From an uncultured virus (IMG/VR IMGVR_UViG_3300021599_000853) (taxonomy: Duplodnaviria > Heunggongvirae > Uroviricota > Caudoviricetes), in IMG/VR virus record IMGVR_UViG_3300021599_000853, positions 53,008 through 73,007 of that record: DNA of 20,000 nt, one strand, 5' to 3'. The notes under the pieces are model-generated. The model did not search any database and was not told the DNA's origin. It worked only from the letters and a program-made list of their open reading frames with translations. Both the position numbers and the translations under genes were made by a program. This document shows, piece by piece, positions 17,382 to 20,000 of this stretch (positions are counted from its first letter, which is position 1; each line of letters begins with the position of its first letter).

Positions 17382-18113
17382 ATGAATAATTTTATAAACC
17401 AGGTAATTGACGAGGCATTTAAATCAAAAAAACAACAAAGATATTTTTATGCGAAAGCCGGAGATAAGTCTTTACCAAAAAAAGAAAGAAATAAATGGTC
17501 TAATTTGGCTAAAGAATTTTCAAGTAAAACTGATTTTAATAAAATACCTGAAAAATCTGAAGATTTGGATGAAATAGTTGATGAATTAGGTAATATTAGT
17601 AGAGGGAAAAAACCAAAAAATAGAAAAACTAAAGGAATTGGATCTGATTCTATTACAGATAAAGTAGTTAAAACGGGTGCGAATACGATGGGGACACATG
17701 GTGTCCATGGAACTCACACTTCTTTAAGATATTGGGCGGAATCGGATATTAGTGGTGCGTTAGGATATGACGAAACAATGGGAAAAGACAAATCTTACGA
17801 TGATGCTAAAGATCATTATGAAGATGAGTTAAATTTAAAACCAAAAGATGCGGAGGATAGAATGGCTCAACTTGGTTATGATGAAGATTTACCCGGCGAT
17901 AAAGTTAGATTAATTGAAAATCCACAAAAATATATAGAAGAATATATTGAAAGCATTTTATCTAAAAAAACAGATATAAATGATATATTTTCAAATAGTG
18001 ATAAAGAAATAAATCCAATTTTATTAAAACAAATAAAATCATTAAAAAATAGTTTAGAAAGTAATGATTTATCTGTTGAAGATATCATAAAATATCTAAA
18101 AAACAATGAATAA
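17382..18113 (+). CDS. Hypothetical phage protein
   Basis: 243-aa charged ORF preceded by TATTTAT and overlapping the next gene by 8 nt. No family recognised. Confidence 0.8.
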   Translation: MNNFINQVIDEAFKSKKQQRYFYAKAGDKSLPKKERNKWSNLAKEFSSKTDFNKIPEKSEDLDEIVDELGNISRGKKPKNRKTKGIGSDSITDKVVKTGANTMGTHGVHGTHTSLRYWAESDISGALGYDETMGKDKSYDDAKDHYEDELNLKPKDAEDRMAQLGYDEDLPGDKVRLIENPQKYIEEYIESILSKKTDINDIFSNSDKEINPILLKQIKSLKNSLESNDLSVEDIIKYLKNNE

Positions 18114-18600
18114 AGATTTAAAAGGTAGAATATTCGATATTCCACAAAATATTTTAGATAAGATTAATCATACTATTGTTGGTCTGAATGGTAAACATGC
18201 ACATGGTTTAAATAGAGCAAAAAAATTATTATCAGATAAAAAAGTAAAATATGGTCAATTAAAAAGAATAATTCATGATTTACAAAATATTGATAAAATA
18301 AAAGATAGAACTAAATATGATTTGTGTGGAGGTGATTTAATGAATAAGTGGAGTGAACAATTTTTAGATGGTGAAAGAGATTTAATTAATAAAAGAAAAG
18401 ATTCAAGAAAAAGATCAGATGAAATGGGAGGAATAACAGGTTATAGAAAAAATAGTCATCTTAAAAAACATTCTAAAAAATTTAGTTTTAAGATTCCAGT
18501 TAATTTAATTAAAAGTAATTCAAATAAATCATCAATTTCACCAATAACATCTTTAAAATTATTTGAAGAAATTGAAAAAATAAAAAAACTAATGTTATAA
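18106..18600 (+). CDS. Hypothetical basic phage protein
   Basis: 164-aa Lys/Arg-rich ORF translationally coupled to both neighbours. Confidence 0.8.
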   Translation: MNKDLKGRIFDIPQNILDKINHTIVGLNGKHAHGLNRAKKLLSDKKVKYGQLKRIIHDLQNIDKIKDRTKYDLCGGDLMNKWSEQFLDGERDLINKRKDSRKRSDEMGGITGYRKNSHLKKHSKKFSFKIPVNLIKSNSNKSSISPITSLKLFEEIEKIKKLML

Positions 18601-18601
18601 T

Positions 18602-19267
18602 ATGCCAACAAAATTAGAAATTATCGGTAATCAACAAAGATTAGAGCATGTTGCAAGAAATGAATATAATTACGAAGATTTATATTCTTCAGTTAATAAA
18701 AACGCATTATCTGATGGTGACGAAAAAGGTAAAGGTGAAAATAATGGAGCGATAGGTAGTAAAACAGATATTTTAACTAGAAACGATTTAGAAGTAAAAA
18801 ATACATATAAAAAAACAAACCAATATTCGGCACAAAATAATAGAGCAATTTCTGATGGGGATGAATTCGGTAAGGGAGAAAATACTTTAAATGGTTCTAT
18901 TGGTGGTAAAACAGATATTTTTACTAGAAATAATTTAGAGGTAAAAAACATTTATAAAAAAACAAACCAATATTCGGCACAAAATAATAGAGCAATTTCT
19001 GATGGGGATGAATTCGGTAAAGGAGAAAATAATGGATCAATAGGTGGTAAAACAGATATTTTAACTAGAAATGATTTAAAAGTAAAAAACATATATAAGG
19101 AAACTAATCAATATTCCGCTCAGAATAAAAACGCACTATCTGATGGTGATGAGAGAGGTAAAGGAGAAAATAATGGATCAATAGGTGGTAAAACAGATAT
19201 TTTTACTAGAAATGATTTAAAAGTAAAAAATTATTATAGTGAAAATAAAAAATATCCCGATTTTTAA
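18602..19267 (+). CDS. Hypothetical protein made of four 47-49 aa tandem repeats
   Basis: Repeat unit YSxxNxxAxSDGDExGKGE..NGxIGxKTDIxTRNxLxVKNxY. Confidence 0.85.
   Translation: MPTKLEIIGNQQRLEHVARNEYNYEDLYSSVNKNALSDGDEKGKGENNGAIGSKTDILTRNDLEVKNTYKKTNQYSAQNNRAISDGDEFGKGENTLNGSIGGKTDIFTRNNLEVKNIYKKTNQYSAQNNRAISDGDEFGKGENNGSIGGKTDILTRNDLKVKNIYKETNQYSAQNKNALSDGDERGKGENNGSIGGKTDIFTRNDLKVKNYYSENKKYPDF
18683..19252 (+). repeat. Four tandem units of 141/147/141/141 bp
   Basis: Units start at 18683, 18824, 18971 and 19112. Unit 2 has a 6-nt (TL) insertion. Confidence 0.93.
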
Positions 19268-19268
19268 T

Positions 19269-20000
19269 ATGAATATCAGAAAAATATTTTTAAACTTATT
19301 AAATGAGCAAATTGTTTTAAAAGGAACTAAAACAAAACCCATAGTTGATGCAATTAAGAATAGAAATCCTGTTTCATTTTATTATTCAGGACCAAGAAAA
19401 CCTGAAAAAAATAGTGTTTTAGCTGGTAATAGAATTAAATCCGAATTAGTGGCGATTGGTTTAAGTAAAAAAGGTAACCTAATTGTCAGGGGGTGGGTAC
19501 AACCCCCATCTGTTTCTAAAAAAGGATTTGAAGATCATGGATGGAGAACTTTTATGGTTTCTAGAATGAGCAATATTCAAATATTAACTGATGAAATTTT
19601 TAACACAAAAAGACCAAAATATAAAGAGGGTGATGATAATTTAATGAGTGTAACATACGTCACATCAAATTGGACTGATAAACCAGAAGTTAAACAAAAA
19701 GAACCTGAAATGCAAAAACCAGATCAATTACCACAACCTAAATCTGACGAAAAACCAGATCAATTACCACAACCTAAGTCTGACGAAAAACCAAGTAAGG
19801 AACCTGAAATTAAAACAAATAGTAAATTTGAAGTGGATGTTTATAATATTTTAAAAACAAAAATAAAAGAGATAAATGGTAAAAAAGTTGTTTCAACTGA
19901 AGATTATCAAAATTCATTAAATGATTTATATAAAAGAAAAGAAAATGAATGGATAGAAAACCAAAAGAAAATTGGTGGTAATATTAGACCCGGTGAAGGT
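19269..20000 (+). CDS. WYL-like domain protein with Pro/Lys/Glu-rich linker (runs off window)
   Basis: Not in the ORF track. ATG at 19269; hand translation gives MNIRKIF...IVDAIKNRNPVSFYY...RIKSELVAIG.SKKGNLIVRGW...GWRTFMVSRM, matching the WYL pattern AI......F.Y...R.F...R. Open to 20000. Confidence 0.75.
   Translation, partial: MNIRKIFLNLLNEQIVLKGTKTKPIVDAIKNRNPVSFYYSGPRKPEKNSVLAGNRIKSELVAIGLSKKGNLIVRGWVQPPSVSKKGFEDHGWRTFMVSRMSNIQILTDEIFNTKRPKYKEGDDNLMSVTYVTSNWTDKPEVKQKEPEMQKPDQLPQPKSDEKPDQLPQPKSDEKPSKEPEIKTNSKFEVDVYNILKTKIKEINGKKVVSTEDYQNSLNDLYKRKENEWIENQKKIGGNIRPGEG
19714..19793 (+). repeat. 36-bp tandem duplication (KPDQLPQPKSDE x2)
   Basis: 19714-19749 and 19750-19785 differ at one synonymous base, followed by a partial third unit. 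Confidence 0.9.

Noticed and set aside
17876..18951. Minus-strand ORFs 17876-18145 and 18670-18951
   Set aside because: Antisense to a translationally coupled plus-strand operon.
18683..19252. Possible CRISPR array
   Set aside because: The units are 141-147 bp, in frame and similar along their whole length, with no unique spacers. This is a coding tandem repeat.
1..20000. Stop-codon reassignment, or NCLDV/eukaryotic origin
   Set aside because: TAA, TAG (2673) and TGA (2278) all end genes, and long ORFs are intact in code 11. Overlapping operon-style packing and the WYL-like and BppU-like genes favour a bacteriophage, although no capsid or terminase gene is in the window to prove it.

Overview
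AT-rich window that reads as part of a large (jumbo/huge) dsDNA bacteriophage genome. Genes are tightly packed or overlapping, all three stop codons are used, and I see no clear Shine-Dalgarno sites. The minus strand, read right to left, carries: two very large Thr/Pro-rich mucin-like proteins punctuated by six 28-aa Cys-x26-Cys modules; a Nal1-like trypsin-fold serine protease; a KISQL-start protein with a C1q/BclA-like domain; a six-gene glycosylation/methylation operon; a small BppU/Ig-like virion protein; and a family B DNA polymerase that runs off the left end. The operon comprises a GT60-type protein GlcNAc transferase, a SAM methyltransferase, a DxD protein, a GT90/CgeB-like protein, an MTase-GT fusion and a TylF-HtrL-GT2 triple fusion. 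The plus strand from 17382 carries two hypothetical proteins, a protein of four 47-49 aa repeats, and a WYL-like protein that runs off the right end. The polymerase and the WYL-like gene are missing from the supplied ORF track. The main hypothesis is a phage-encoded mucin-type O-glycosylation system: an initiating GT60, extending GTs and capping O-methyltransferases sit next to their candidate Thr-rich virion substrates. All family assignments come from motif recognition by eye, not from database searches.
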